Virus record (IMG/VR): IMGVR_UViG_3300009082_000002 | Coordinates: 32,001 to 96,000 of that record | Reading direction: 5' to 3' (one strand) | Source: a virus | DNA length: 64,000 bases | Part shown: positions 52,614 to 62,258 of the stretch, one piece after another | How the letters are laid out: the number at the start of each line of letters is the position of its first letter | How positions within the stretch are numbered: position 1 is the stretch's first letter | Notes under the pieces: model-generated | Told to the model about the DNA's origin: nothing | What the model saw: only the letters and a program-made list of their open reading frames with translations | The model's database searches: none | Translations under genes and position numbers: made by a program

Positions 52614-55031
52614 ATGGCGCAGCGTAGGTTCGGACCTGTCCTCGGGGCTGGCACGGCGGTCGTCGAGAAGGAGTCACAAAAACAGATCGTTCCGGGCTCG
52701 CTCGGGAATATCGGTTACATCGGCATCCTGGAAAAGGGTCCGGTAGGCGAGCTGATCGGCTGCCTCAAGCGCGGCGACTTCGACAACAAGTGCGGCGGTC
52801 GAATCGACGAGTCGCTGGTACCCGACGCGGCCCAGGACTTCTGGAGCCTCGGCGACGGAGCCGGCGAGCTGTGGTGCATTCGAGTCACGGACGGAGAGGA
52901 GCAGGACGCGAGCGCCACCTTCTGGACCCGCCACGACGACGCCCACACCGGGAGCGGGACCTTCTTCAACGGCGCCGTGGCGTCGCTGAAGGTCGAGGGC
53001 AAGTCCGCTGGCATGTGGGCCGGCGGCGCCTTCCGCCACGAGCAGTCGGTTCTCGTGGCCGACGTGACCGCGACCACCATCGACCTCGATCTGGCACTCA
53101 CGCCGATCCCGGTCGACATCATGATCGACGCCGAGATCTACGTCGAGGAGCCCTACGGTGCGGGGCGTGCCGGACCCTACAAGGTCACGGGCAACACGGC
53201 TGCGGGTCTGGTCTCCGTCGAGTCGCACAACGACATGGCGGCCGACTGGCCGACCTCCGGTGCCAATCCGAGCATCGTGATCATCGAGCGTGGAAACGTG
53301 GACCGCAAGGGCGACCCGCGGCACGTCTCCGTGATGTTCGGTGACGGCGTCGAGAACCCGCTGACCGAGTTCTCGATGACCGTCTACGTGAACGGCAACG
53401 AGGTTCGGACCTACGAGAACCTTTCGATGGACCCCTCTTCCGGTCGGTACGTCGAGAACGTGGTCAACAACGACACTGGCAACCACTGGGTCGAGGTGAC
53501 GAACCAGTGGACCGGCGGCGTGACCGCGCTCGCTCGCCCGACCAACTGCTGGCGTGGCGAGTCCTCGGCCCTCACGGACCCCAGCGACGCCGACCCGGAT
53601 CTGCTCACGGCCATCGTGACGGCCGTGACGCTTGGCGGCACCAACGTCGGAAACGGCACCGGCAGCGTCACGGCGTACAGCTCCGACTACCTGGAGGATT
53701 CGCTCGTCTTCACGTGCACCACGCTCGGCGGCGCAGGGGTCGGGAAGTTCAAGTGCGTCTCGACGATCTACGGCACCAGCGCGAACGATGCCGTGACGGA
53801 CGGAACAGCCTTCTCGACCGGTGACCGTGGCGTGAGCGTGACGCTGGTGTCCGGGGCGACGCCGTGGGCGGTCGGCGATATCGTGACGATCAAGGTGTAC
53901 CGCCTGGCCAAGAACGATGCGTTGGTCGGCGGGTACCTCTGGCCGGATGCGGATGGCAATCCCAATGACTCCTACCGCATCATCGAGAACACCGGGCACA
54001 CGATCCGCGTGAGCGTCGGCAGCGACCTGACCTCCGTCGCCACCATCGGCGACACCTTCAAGGTGCAGGCGCCGCAGCAGCTCATCGAAGGCTGGGACGG
54101 CTTCGGCGGGCTCAAGGCCAACCTCAACCCCTGGCTGGTCGCGCTCGACCCGGTGACCTGTCCCTGGAACGGGCTGCGTGGCCAGGGTAAGGGCCTCGTG
54201 AAGCTGGCCTCGCCTGGCATCGCCTGGTGGGGCGAGGAGCACACGCTCCTTTCCGAGCTGGTCGAGAAGGCCGGCGAGGACTACGCGGAGAGTCGCGGGT
54301 ACCAGTGGCACGTCGAGGTGCCGCCGTCCACGACCGACGAGATCAACGCGGACGCCTACGTCAACGGCACGGTCGGCAAGAATGACTTTGCCGTGACCAT
54401 GATGCCGGGCTACTGCTACGTCCTCGACCCCGACTCGACGGATGGCGCGCTCAAGCTGGTCTCGATGGTCGGCATGAAGCACGGTCGCGAGGCCGGCGTC
54501 GCACGCGACTACAAGGGCTATCACAAGGCCGCTGCCGGAATCGAGGTCTCGCTGCCGCGCGTGGTGAAGCTGACCACGGACGGCCAGACGCTCAACGAGG
54601 AGTACCTCAACCCACGCGGCCTGAACGTGGTCAAGAAGGTCGGCGGCAACTATGTGATCTGGGGCGACCGCACCATCGCGCAGGACCCGACCTGGAAGTG
54701 GAAGCACCAACGCGAGCAGATGAGCCACTACGAGCTGTCGCTCATGGAGAGCTTCGACTGGATCATCTGGGCCATCAACGACCAGGCGACCTGGCAGCTC
54801 GCACTGACCGCGCTGTACAGCTTCTTCCTGCCAGAGTACCGGAAGCGCGCGCTGCAGGGCGACACCTTTGAGGAGGCCGCACGCATCAAGGTCGACGGCG
54901 ACATCAACGACGCAGCCGAGCGTGCGGCCGGGAACCTCAACGCGCAGGTCACGCTCTGGCTCGCCGACACCGTCGAGCGGTTCGTGATCATGATGGGCAA
55001 GCGAGGGATTTTCGAGGAGGTCGCGGCCTAG
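52614..55031 (+). CDS. Tail sheath protein
   Basis: G..EKGP, YENLSM, GYHKAAAG, LNPRGLN, IWGDRT, W.....R, E.F; sheath C-terminal signature. Confidence 0.93.
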   Translation: MAQRRFGPVLGAGTAVVEKESQKQIVPGSLGNIGYIGILEKGPVGELIGCLKRGDFDNKCGGRIDESLVPDAAQDFWSLGDGAGELWCIRVTDGEEQDASATFWTRHDDAHTGSGTFFNGAVASLKVEGKSAGMWAGGAFRHEQSVLVADVTATTIDLDLALTPIPVDIMIDAEIYVEEPYGAGRAGPYKVTGNTAAGLVSVESHNDMAADWPTSGANPSIVIIERGNVDRKGDPRHVSVMFGDGVENPLTEFSMTVYVNGNEVRTYENLSMDPSSGRYVENVVNNDTGNHWVEVTNQWTGGVTALARPTNCWRGESSALTDPSDADPDLLTAIVTAVTLGGTNVGNGTGSVTAYSSDYLEDSLVFTCTTLGGAGVGKFKCVSTIYGTSANDAVTDGTAFSTGDRGVSVTLVSGATPWAVGDIVTIKVYRLAKNDALVGGYLWPDADGNPNDSYRIIENTGHTIRVSVGSDLTSVATIGDTFKVQAPQQLIEGWDGFGGLKANLNPWLVALDPVTCPWNGLRGQGKGLVKLASPGIAWWGEEHTLLSELVEKAGEDYAESRGYQWHVEVPPSTTDEINADAYVNGTVGKNDFAVTMMPGYCYVLDPDSTDGALKLVSMVGMKHGREAGVARDYKGYHKAAAGIEVSLPRVVKLTTDGQTLNEEYLNPRGLNVVKKVGGNYVIWGDRTIAQDPTWKWKHQREQMSHYELSLMESFDWIIWAINDQATWQLALTALYSFFLPEYRKRALQGDTFEEAARIKVDGDINDAAERAAGNLNAQVTLWLADTVERFVIMMGKRGIFEEVAA

Positions 55032-55093
55032 TCGGTCGCGTGCCGTAGTGACCAACGCCTCGCAAAAGAAGCGAGGCCGAGAGGAGGAACGAG

Positions 55094-55402
55094 ATGGCAA
55101 GCGGTGGCAGCAGGTGCGTGACAGGGTCCTTCGTCGGGACGGGTGCGGCGCAGGACGTGCCGGTCGGGTTCCGGCCGCGGGCGGTCGAGATCATCAACCG
55201 GTCCGGCAACTGCCGGGCCGACTGGTGCGAGACCATGCCCGTCGCCTCGATGGCGAAGATCGTGGACAGCGGTGCGGGCGCGACCGACCTGTCCTTCGTC
55301 ACCAGCGGCGGCGTGACGCCGGCCGACGATGGCTTCGCGCTGGGGACCGACACGGATCTCAACGTGAGCGGCGAGGTCTGCTACTTCAAGGCCTGGGACT
55401 AG
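55094..55402 (+). CDS. Small structural protein
   Basis: GSFVGTGA....VGFRP..V..GF.LG..LN..G..Y.AW; GAGGAGG SD. Confidence 0.65.
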   Translation: MASGGSRCVTGSFVGTGAAQDVPVGFRPRAVEIINRSGNCRADWCETMPVASMAKIVDSGAGATDLSFVTSGGVTPADDGFALGTDTDLNVSGEVCYFKAWD

Positions 55403-55483
55403 CCTGCGAGCCTGGCCTTCCTTTCCTTCCTTGGGGTCCGTTCACCGGGAAGGTCGGAGAGACGCGAACGGAGGAGGTGACGT

Positions 55484-55933
55484 ATGCTCGGCAAGGCGAC
55501 TCTGGAACCGGACCACCTGCCGGTCTCCAGGTTCGATCTTCTCGTGGTCGGCGTTCCCGTCCCGATCCACTTCGTGACCCTGTCGGGCATCGAGGAGGAG
55601 GGCGAGGTCGTCGAGCTGCCGGACCGGACGAAGGCGACCGGCGGACGCACGCGGGCCGTCGAGTTCACGGCGTCGATTCCGCTGCACCACACCGCGGAGT
55701 ACCTGGCGTTGGAGCAGTGGTACGCGTCGGCGCACGACAAGGTCTTGCCCGACTACAAGCGGGCCGCGACCCTGTTGATCTGGAACCTCTCGCAGGGGCT
55801 CCCGCGGAGCTTCCTGCTGGAGGGCGTCTGGATCTCCCGGCGTGCGCTGCCGGACCTCGACGCCAACAACGATGGCGAGATGGCCGTGGTCGAGTACACG
55901 TTCCAGGCCGACAACGTGGCTATCGGGACGTGA
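55484..55933 (+). CDS. Tail tube protein (T4 gp19-like)
   Basis: F..LSG.E, W....YKR..TL, PDLDA..GE.A..E; GGAGGAGGTG SD. Confidence 0.85.
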   Translation: MLGKATLEPDHLPVSRFDLLVVGVPVPIHFVTLSGIEEEGEVVELPDRTKATGGRTRAVEFTASIPLHHTAEYLALEQWYASAHDKVLPDYKRAATLLIWNLSQGLPRSFLLEGVWISRRALPDLDANNDGEMAVVEYTFQADNVAIGT

Positions 55934-56009
55934 GCTAGGCAACGGCACTCACGGTTGACCCAGGCTGACCTCACAACCGCTCGCCACGCGAGCTGACTTG
56001 GAGGGTGCC

Positions 56010-56861
56010 ATGACCCAGGATCAGGAACAGACCTCGGGGAGCGAGAGCGAACGCGCTCCCGCTTTCACTTTCAAGACCGTTGCGAAGCAGGGCTTTCAGC
56101 TCCCCATCGGCGCGCTCGAAGGCGATGCGCTTGACAAGGCCTTCGCCTTTCGTCCGTACACCATGGCCGAAGACAAGGCCATCGCCAGAGACATCGCGCA
56201 CGACCCGCAGGCCACGGAGTCGGCAAAGGTCACGGCTGCCCTCAAGCACACGCTGATCACGCTGGGCTCGCGCGACCTGTCAGAGGCCAAGCCCGAGCAA
56301 GTTGAAGCGGCAGTCAAGGGCATGTTCTTCGGCGATGTGATGTACGCGTACCTCCTCCTCCGCATCGTGTCGGTCGGCAAGGAGGTCAAGTTCCCCTACT
56401 CCTGCCCGTTCTGCCGGACGCCGTTTATCTTCACGGGCGACCTCAACACCGTGAGGGTGACGTGCTTCGATGACCCATCGCGGTTGGAGGACGTGGTCAT
56501 GCTGCCGATGCCGTGGCGTGTCCGCGGGATCGACGCGCGGCGCGTTCTGCTGCGACCCTCGCCGTGGGGGATGATCGAGGGCCGGATGCCGACGCCGGTT
56601 CACTATCAAGCCGCGATCATGCAGGGCGCCATCGCTGGTATCGACGACAAGAGCGAAGGCCCCTTCGCTGGCGAGCGCATCCGCCTCGCACCGACCGAGG
56701 TCGACACGATGCCAAAGCGCGTGGTGAACCTGCTCAACGACGCGGTCGCCATCGCCAACGGTGGCCCGCGGTTGAACGTGACGACGGCTTGCCCGTCGCC
56801 GCAGTGCAAGGCCGATCTCGACGAGCCGCTGAACTGGAGCTTTGACAATTTTTTCGGCTGA
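56010..56861 (+). CDS. Tail assembly chaperone (two CxxC-type knuckles)
   Basis: Between tube and tape measure; GD..Y..L.LR, CPFC, CP..C, ends NFFG at a slippery site. Confidence 0.75.
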   Translation: MTQDQEQTSGSESERAPAFTFKTVAKQGFQLPIGALEGDALDKAFAFRPYTMAEDKAIARDIAHDPQATESAKVTAALKHTLITLGSRDLSEAKPEQVEAAVKGMFFGDVMYAYLLLRIVSVGKEVKFPYSCPFCRTPFIFTGDLNTVRVTCFDDPSRLEDVVMLPMPWRVRGIDARRVLLRPSPWGMIEGRMPTPVHYQAAIMQGAIAGIDDKSEGPFAGERIRLAPTEVDTMPKRVVNLLNDAVAIANGGPRLNVTTACPSPQCKADLDEPLNWSFDNFFG

Positions 56862-57058
56862 TACGGCCGGGCCTGGGGCTAACCCTTGACGAGCTGGTCG
56901 AGACCACGTTCCAGATCTCGTATCACACCAAGGGCGGTGTGCCTGCGCAGTACATCGACTCGCTGCCGCCGGCCGAGGTCGGCCTCTATATGGAGCACCT
57001 CATCGCGCAGCGCAAGCGGGAGAACAAGGAAGCGAAGCGGCTCGCGGGGAAGAAGTAG
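56849..57058 (+). CDS. -1 frameshift extension of the tail assembly chaperone
   Basis: Heptamer T TTT TTC (56849-55); the -1 frame stays open to TAG 57056-58 (LDELVETTFQISYHTKGG..LPPAE..LIAQRKREN). Confidence 0.8.
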   Translation, partial: FFRLIRPGLGLTLDELVETTFQISYHTKGGVPAQYIDSLPPAEVGLYMEHLIAQRKRENKEAKRLAGKK

Positions 57059-57068
57059 GAGCTAGGCC

Positions 57069-59672
57069 ATGCCAACGCAGATGGGCCTTTTCGCTCGACT
57101 TCAGTTTGACGGCGGCAAGGCCGTCAGCGGGATGCGCTCGGCAAGTGGGGCCTTCAAGGGCCTCGCTGTCTCTGCGCGCGGTGCACAGCAGGCCACAGCC
57201 GGCGTCAAGCAGGCAATGGGAAGCCTCACCATCGCGTCGGCCGCGATTGCTGGCGTCCTCGGGATCGGGCTGAAGAAGGCAGCCAGCTTCGAGTCACAGA
57301 TGGCCACGGTCAACGGACTCATCAAGCTCAACGCGAAAATCTCTGGCCAGTCGGCAGAGTCAGCGGAAAAGGATTTTCAGGATCTCTCGAACCTCGCCAA
57401 GAAGCTGGGAGCTTCAACGCGGTACTCTGCGACGCAAGCCGCCGAGGGAATTGAAATTATGTCGAAGGCCGGCTTCGGCGTGCAAGACGTCATTGCTGGC
57501 TTGCCGGGAATTTTGAACACTGCTGCGGCAGAAAATATGAATCTTGCGGATGCGACTGATATCGTTTCCGGCGTGCTTCGTCAATTCCGCTGGGATACGG
57601 GCAAGGCGGGAAAGATTGCGGACATCCTTGCGGCAGCAAGCGCAGCGACCAGCACAGACATGCGGGATCTTGGCGAAGCCTTCAGGTATGGAGGCTTACA
57701 AGCGGCCAACCTTGGGTTGAGCGTTCAGGAAACGGCGGCCCTCTTCGGTATTTTTTCGAACTCGACTCTTAAGGCTTCAGTCGGCGGCACCTCGTTGATG
57801 AACATGCTCCTCGGCTTCGTAAAGGGTGTGAAAGGAAAGGGTGGAGCCGCCGAGACACTTAAAAAGTGGGGCGTTCAAGTCAAAGACCAGCAAGGCAATC
57901 TTCGCAATATCGGTTTGATCTTTCGTGATCTTGCTGAAGTGATCAACAAGACCAGCGGCAATCTGACGAAAGCATCGGAACTCGAAACAGTCTTTGGAGT
58001 CCGTGGCGTGAAGGGCGTAATGGCCCTGATCAACGCACAAGGAGAAGCGAAGGACGCCTTTGGTAAGACTGCTAACGCCGTCGCTCTTTTGTCTGAACGA
58101 CTCGACGTTGACGGCGCAGCCGCGATCCTTGCAGAATCCAAGCTCGACTCCTTGAGCGGGCAGCTTATCATCCTCGGTAGCGCGCTCGAAGGATTCGCGA
58201 TCGAAGCAATGGAGCCGTTCCTCAAGGGGATGACTGGTGGCGTGAAGGGCTTTGCCGCAAGTATCGGTGACGCTGCGTCCGCGTTGCGTTTTCTCAATAC
58301 GGATTCGAGCCAGCGTTCTGAAGACTTGCTCAAGACGTGGGATGCCCTGCCCGAGTCGACCAAGGAATTCGCGCAGGGCGTGATGGAGGGGATCACCGGG
58401 ATCAAGGAAGGTTTCGCATCGTTGAAGCAGACCTTCAGCGGTGTGCTTGATATGTTCGGCGTCGGCGGTTCGCCACGCGAAGCCGCGAAGCTGATGACCC
58501 AAGTCATCGGTCTCGCACCTGCGATTCTCGGCCTTGCGGCTGCACTCAAGGTTCTTTCGCTTGGCTTCGGCGTCGCGGCCGGCGGCGTGAAAACACTTGT
58601 CGGCGCGACGAAAATGGGGGTTGGCGTTGGCCGTGCCGGGTATGGTGCGGGCAAGGGAATCTTTGGTGCGCTCGCACGCTTTGGCGCAGGTCGCATTCCA
58701 GGTGGTGCTCTTGCGGCAGCTGGCGTTGAAGCGGCGATGGCGCAAGGAACTCCGGTCTATGTCACGAATTTTCAAGAGCTGGCCGCGATGGGTATAGGCG
58801 GCGGCCCACTGTCGAGCAAGCTCGGGGGAGCTGCCGCTCCTGCCGGTGCAACTGCTCTAGGTGCAGCCAGCAGCAAGGCCGCTGCCGCGGCCGGTCTCGG
58901 ACTTGGATCGAAGGCTGCGATGGCAGCCGGGCCGCTCGCGATCCTCACTGGTGGTCTGGCGTTGTTCGGGAACGCTGTCTATCAGTCGATCAATTCGATT
59001 GGCGACTTCGAGGCGCTCGTTGCGAAGTCCCCGCTTCGCGGAATGTACGAACAGGAGAAGAAGGCGCAAGAGGCTAGAGAAGAAGCCTTGCGGCAGCGTG
59101 CAAGAGCGGATGCGGCGAAACGTCAGGAAGAATTCGGCGGCAAGATGTCATTCGAGACACTTGCAATCGCCAAGCGCATGGGCGGAAAGTATCTCGAACG
59201 TGCTCGCACCGGGTTGCTCGGACAGGCAGAACAGCTCGCAGCACAAGGTGACGTCAGCAAGTCCACGCGTATCCTTCGAGAACTGGACATGCCTTTTCAG
59301 GTCAAGCAGGGCGAGCAAGGGCCGTCAATCGCAATGACGGCGCAAGCTAGAGGCCGGCTTGAACAACTCCGCAAGACGAAGACGATGACGTCACAGGAGC
59401 GTGGTGAGTACGAGCAGTTGAAAGAGATGCAGGCGCAGTTGCACATGATTGGGATCGCGCTTGCGTCACGAGGCGCGGCGGCAGAGCCGCTTGAGGCAAC
59501 GGCTACGCTTCAAGTGAATGTACAAATGGAAGCGGAACCGGTAGCGCGCGCCCTGCAGAAAGCGAAGATGAGGTTCGACAAGAGTCGTGGCGTGGTTCAT
59601 GAACCAGAGACGCAGCGCACGATGGAATATACCGGCTTTGAACCCGCGCCAATAGAGGCGAGTGTGCCGTAG
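57069..59672 (+). CDS. Tape measure protein (TP901-type core)
   Basis: AASFE..MA.V, LGAST.YSA.QAAEG, GLPG.LN.AAA, LGEAF.Y, GTSL; Ala/Gly-rich. Confidence 0.92.
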   Translation: MPTQMGLFARLQFDGGKAVSGMRSASGAFKGLAVSARGAQQATAGVKQAMGSLTIASAAIAGVLGIGLKKAASFESQMATVNGLIKLNAKISGQSAESAEKDFQDLSNLAKKLGASTRYSATQAAEGIEIMSKAGFGVQDVIAGLPGILNTAAAENMNLADATDIVSGVLRQFRWDTGKAGKIADILAAASAATSTDMRDLGEAFRYGGLQAANLGLSVQETAALFGIFSNSTLKASVGGTSLMNMLLGFVKGVKGKGGAAETLKKWGVQVKDQQGNLRNIGLIFRDLAEVINKTSGNLTKASELETVFGVRGVKGVMALINAQGEAKDAFGKTANAVALLSERLDVDGAAAILAESKLDSLSGQLIILGSALEGFAIEAMEPFLKGMTGGVKGFAASIGDAASALRFLNTDSSQRSEDLLKTWDALPESTKEFAQGVMEGITGIKEGFASLKQTFSGVLDMFGVGGSPREAAKLMTQVIGLAPAILGLAAALKVLSLGFGVAAGGVKTLVGATKMGVGVGRAGYGAGKGIFGALARFGAGRIPGGALAAAGVEAAMAQGTPVYVTNFQELAAMGIGGGPLSSKLGGAAAPAGATALGAASSKAAAAAGLGLGSKAAMAAGPLAILTGGLALFGNAVYQSINSIGDFEALVAKSPLRGMYEQEKKAQEAREEALRQRARADAAKRQEEFGGKMSFETLAIAKRMGGKYLERARTGLLGQAEQLAAQGDVSKSTRILRELDMPFQVKQGEQGPSIAMTAQARGRLEQLRKTKTMTSQERGEYEQLKEMQAQLHMIGIALASRGAAAEPLEATATLQVNVQMEAEPVARALQKAKMRFDKSRGVVHEPETQRTMEYTGFEPAPIEASVP

Positions 59673-59684
59673 AGGAGGACCGCC

Positions 59685-60527
59685 GTGGCGGGATATAGCT
59701 TCTTTCGACGGCCGACGACCTGGCGGCTCTGGAATACGGATACCTGGGAAAGCATTGAGTCCGGGCACGAGATCGACGGCGACATCACCGAAGCCTTTGG
59801 CGGCAACTGGGTCGAGGCAGAGGCGCCCGGGATGAACGATCCGCTCCAGCAGTGGACAGCCGGTCGGCAAAAAACCGTCACGCTCGACCTCTTCTTCTTT
59901 GCGGAATTCTTCTTCAGTGACATCGTCGGCAAGATCAACTTGCTGAAGCGGTGGGCCGAGCTGGACCTGCATCTCTCCCCACCGCGCGTGCCACGTCTGT
60001 TGCTCGACTACGGTGAGGCGTTTCAGATCCCGTGCAAGCTGGAAGCGGTCGGCGCGCTCCGGTGGGAAGGTCGGCTGCGTGACGATGGCACACCGCGGAT
60101 CGCTCGTGTCTCGCTCACGTTGCGGAGATGGATCGACTCGATCCAGTACGAACCGACTGACCCGACTGCGCAGCCGCACTCCACGATCTATCACACCGTC
60201 CAGTCGGGTCAGACCTTCGAGCACATCGCGGCTCGTCGGTACGGATCGGAGAACGCGATCCTCGGCGTGCTCCTGCGGCAGGATAACCCGGCCAGTGTGC
60301 ACCTCGTCGAGGGCGAGCAGATCGAAGTCACCGACCTGGACAAGGTCTCTGACCGCGTCATTGCTGGCACCTTCCCGCTCTTCGCAGACAGCGCTCTCGC
60401 GGATGCGGCTCTGAAGTCCCACTGGGATCTCCGCAGCGGCCAGGCGCAGACGGCTGATGGCCGTGGCGTTGCCGCGACAGACGCAGGTCTCTCCGTGTTG
60501 CCGATTCTGTTCGGCGTCGGAGGATAG
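59685..60527 (+). CDS. Tail-tube initiator/baseplate protein with LysM (gpX-like) domain
   Basis: PG...P..QW..G..VTL.L, DG.P..A.V.LTL; HTV.SG.T.E.IA.R.YG. Confidence 0.75.
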   Translation: MAGYSFFRRPTTWRLWNTDTWESIESGHEIDGDITEAFGGNWVEAEAPGMNDPLQQWTAGRQKTVTLDLFFFAEFFFSDIVGKINLLKRWAELDLHLSPPRVPRLLLDYGEAFQIPCKLEAVGALRWEGRLRDDGTPRIARVSLTLRRWIDSIQYEPTDPTAQPHSTIYHTVQSGQTFEHIAARRYGSENAILGVLLRQDNPASVHLVEGEQIEVTDLDKVSDRVIAGTFPLFADSALADAALKSHWDLRSGQAQTADGRGVAATDAGLSVLPILFGVGG

Positions 60528-61012
60528 TGATGGCCGAGACATTCGCCAGCGTCGTCTTCGAGCGGCTGGACGGGAGCACCTGGTCTAGAACTTCTGTTCA
60601 AGACCTCGGTTCGCTCATCGCCGGGACGCCCGGTGCTGCGGTCGATCTTCGCGTGCGGAACATCGGGAAGGATCGCGAGGACGTGTTCCTTTACTTGGCC
60701 TCCGAATCTGGCAGTCTCGAAGCCGCAGACTTGGCGACCATGCTCGCCTGGGGTGACGGCGGAGACGGCTTCCAGGTTCAGCAAAAGAACGGACCACTCG
60801 CCGGGGACTGGGGCGCGTGGACCAGCTTCAGCAACGCTGTCTCCTCGATGCTTCTCTCACGCTACGGTGTGGACCCGGTTCAAGCAAGCGACGGCTTGCT
60901 ACCGAAGGCCAAGGCTTGCCGCTTCCGTTGTCGGCTCGCTGTGCCGAGTGGTACGGCGAGCAGGAGCAGGCGGTACAAACCGCGCCTCGGCGTGCGCTAC
61001 GTTGCGGCGTGA
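60527..61012 (+). CDS. Hypothetical baseplate-region protein
   Basis: GGAGGA SD; gene tiling. Confidence 0.6.
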   Translation: MMAETFASVVFERLDGSTWSRTSVQDLGSLIAGTPGAAVDLRVRNIGKDREDVFLYLASESGSLEAADLATMLAWGDGGDGFQVQQKNGPLAGDWGAWTSFSNAVSSMLLSRYGVDPVQASDGLLPKAKACRFRCRLAVPSGTASRSRRYKPRLGVRYVAA

Positions 61013-61020
61013 GGTGAGTC

Positions 61021-62256
61021 GTGCCCGACTTCTGGGACGTGCAAGGGACTCCGACCTTCGCATTGAAGGTGAACAACATCCGCATCAATCAGGATATGGC
61101 TCGTTTGATCGAATCAGTGTCGTGCCAGTACTCCAACGACGCGGCGGATAGCATCAGCCTCACCATCAAAGACCCGGAATTGCGTTTCGTCGACGAGAAG
61201 GTTTTTGCCGAGGGCAACGTCATTGATCTTTGGATGGGCTACGACCATCGCAATCATTACATGGGCCGCGGGATCTTCTTCGAGCCGCCGAGCGGCTCTG
61301 CGCCAGGTAGTGGCGACTGCCAGATCCATGTGGTCGCGCACAGTGCCGCGCGTCGGATGATGGAACACGGGAAGAAAAAGGGAGGGCGTCGTTTCGGCGG
61401 GTATAGTGACCGGCTGCACGACAAGGAGATCGTGGACACACTGGCGCGCGACTACGCCTTCAAGCCCGCCACTGTCGCGACGATTCAGAAACGAAAATCG
61501 TTCAAGTCGCAGGGGATGAGCGACTGGGAATTCGTCCGGCGGCTGGCGCACCTCAACGGGTACCGTGTCTGGGTCGAGTGGATTCCCGAAAATCTCACGA
61601 CCGACAACCGCGGAGACATCAACCAGGGCCAGTGGAATCTGTGCTTTCTCCCGCCCGGCCTTCAGCCTTGGCGTCCGCGTCACCTCGAACCGAAAGGTTA
61701 CGAGTTCGTCTGGGGCACCACGATCCCGAAGCGTGGCAATCGCCTGCTGGACTTCTCGTGGAGCTTTGCGAGCGGCGGCGGTGCGAGCGAGGTCGAGGTG
61801 CTGCGCTTCGACCGCAAGACCTACAACTACGCCAGATATATCGCGCAGCTCGACGTCGAGGGGAAGCCATACGTCTTCAGCGGGCCGGATGCGCGCGAGC
61901 TGATCAAGGACGAGATCAAGACCGGTGCGCGGGTCGTGGCCTCGGTCTTCGGCAAGCAAGTTCACATCATCCGCGACAAGCCGTTCGCGTCGGAGCAAGA
62001 AGCGACGGAGTTTGCCAAGACCTACCTTGAAAGGATCGCGACGTCCTTCGTCCACCTGCAAGGCACGCTCCCCGGCTTGCCAGACGTGCGCAAGTACTCG
62101 CGGCACACGTTCAAAGGCATCCCGGCGCGGCTGAAAGGCGAGTACGAGTTCATGGACGTCGAGCACACGATGAGCCGCAGCAGCGGCTACATGATCCGCT
62201 TCTCCGCGCGTCGCGCACCGGAAGGCCTGCTCGACATGAGCGTGGATCGGGTATAG
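61021..62256 (+). CDS. Baseplate hub (late control D-like)
   Basis: D...L.I.DP, G..I.L.MGY, Q..SDWEF..RLA..NGY, G.Y....VEH....GY...F. Confidence 0.85.
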   Translation: MPDFWDVQGTPTFALKVNNIRINQDMARLIESVSCQYSNDAADSISLTIKDPELRFVDEKVFAEGNVIDLWMGYDHRNHYMGRGIFFEPPSGSAPGSGDCQIHVVAHSAARRMMEHGKKKGGRRFGGYSDRLHDKEIVDTLARDYAFKPATVATIQKRKSFKSQGMSDWEFVRRLAHLNGYRVWVEWIPENLTTDNRGDINQGQWNLCFLPPGLQPWRPRHLEPKGYEFVWGTTIPKRGNRLLDFSWSFASGGGASEVEVLRFDRKTYNYARYIAQLDVEGKPYVFSGPDARELIKDEIKTGARVVASVFGKQVHIIRDKPFASEQEATEFAKTYLERIATSFVHLQGTLPGLPDVRKYSRHTFKGIPARLKGEYEFMDVEHTMSRSSGYMIRFSARRAPEGLLDMSVDRV

Positions 62257-62258
62257 CA

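Noticed and set aside
52674-55100. 808-aa minus-strand ORF and similar long antisense ORFs (11987..14014, 21698..23275, 34770..36494, 36555..38162, 48704..50275)
   Set aside because: They are shadows of GC3-biased plus-strand genes that have clear motifs. The antisense products are low-complexity R/V/G/D with no motifs.
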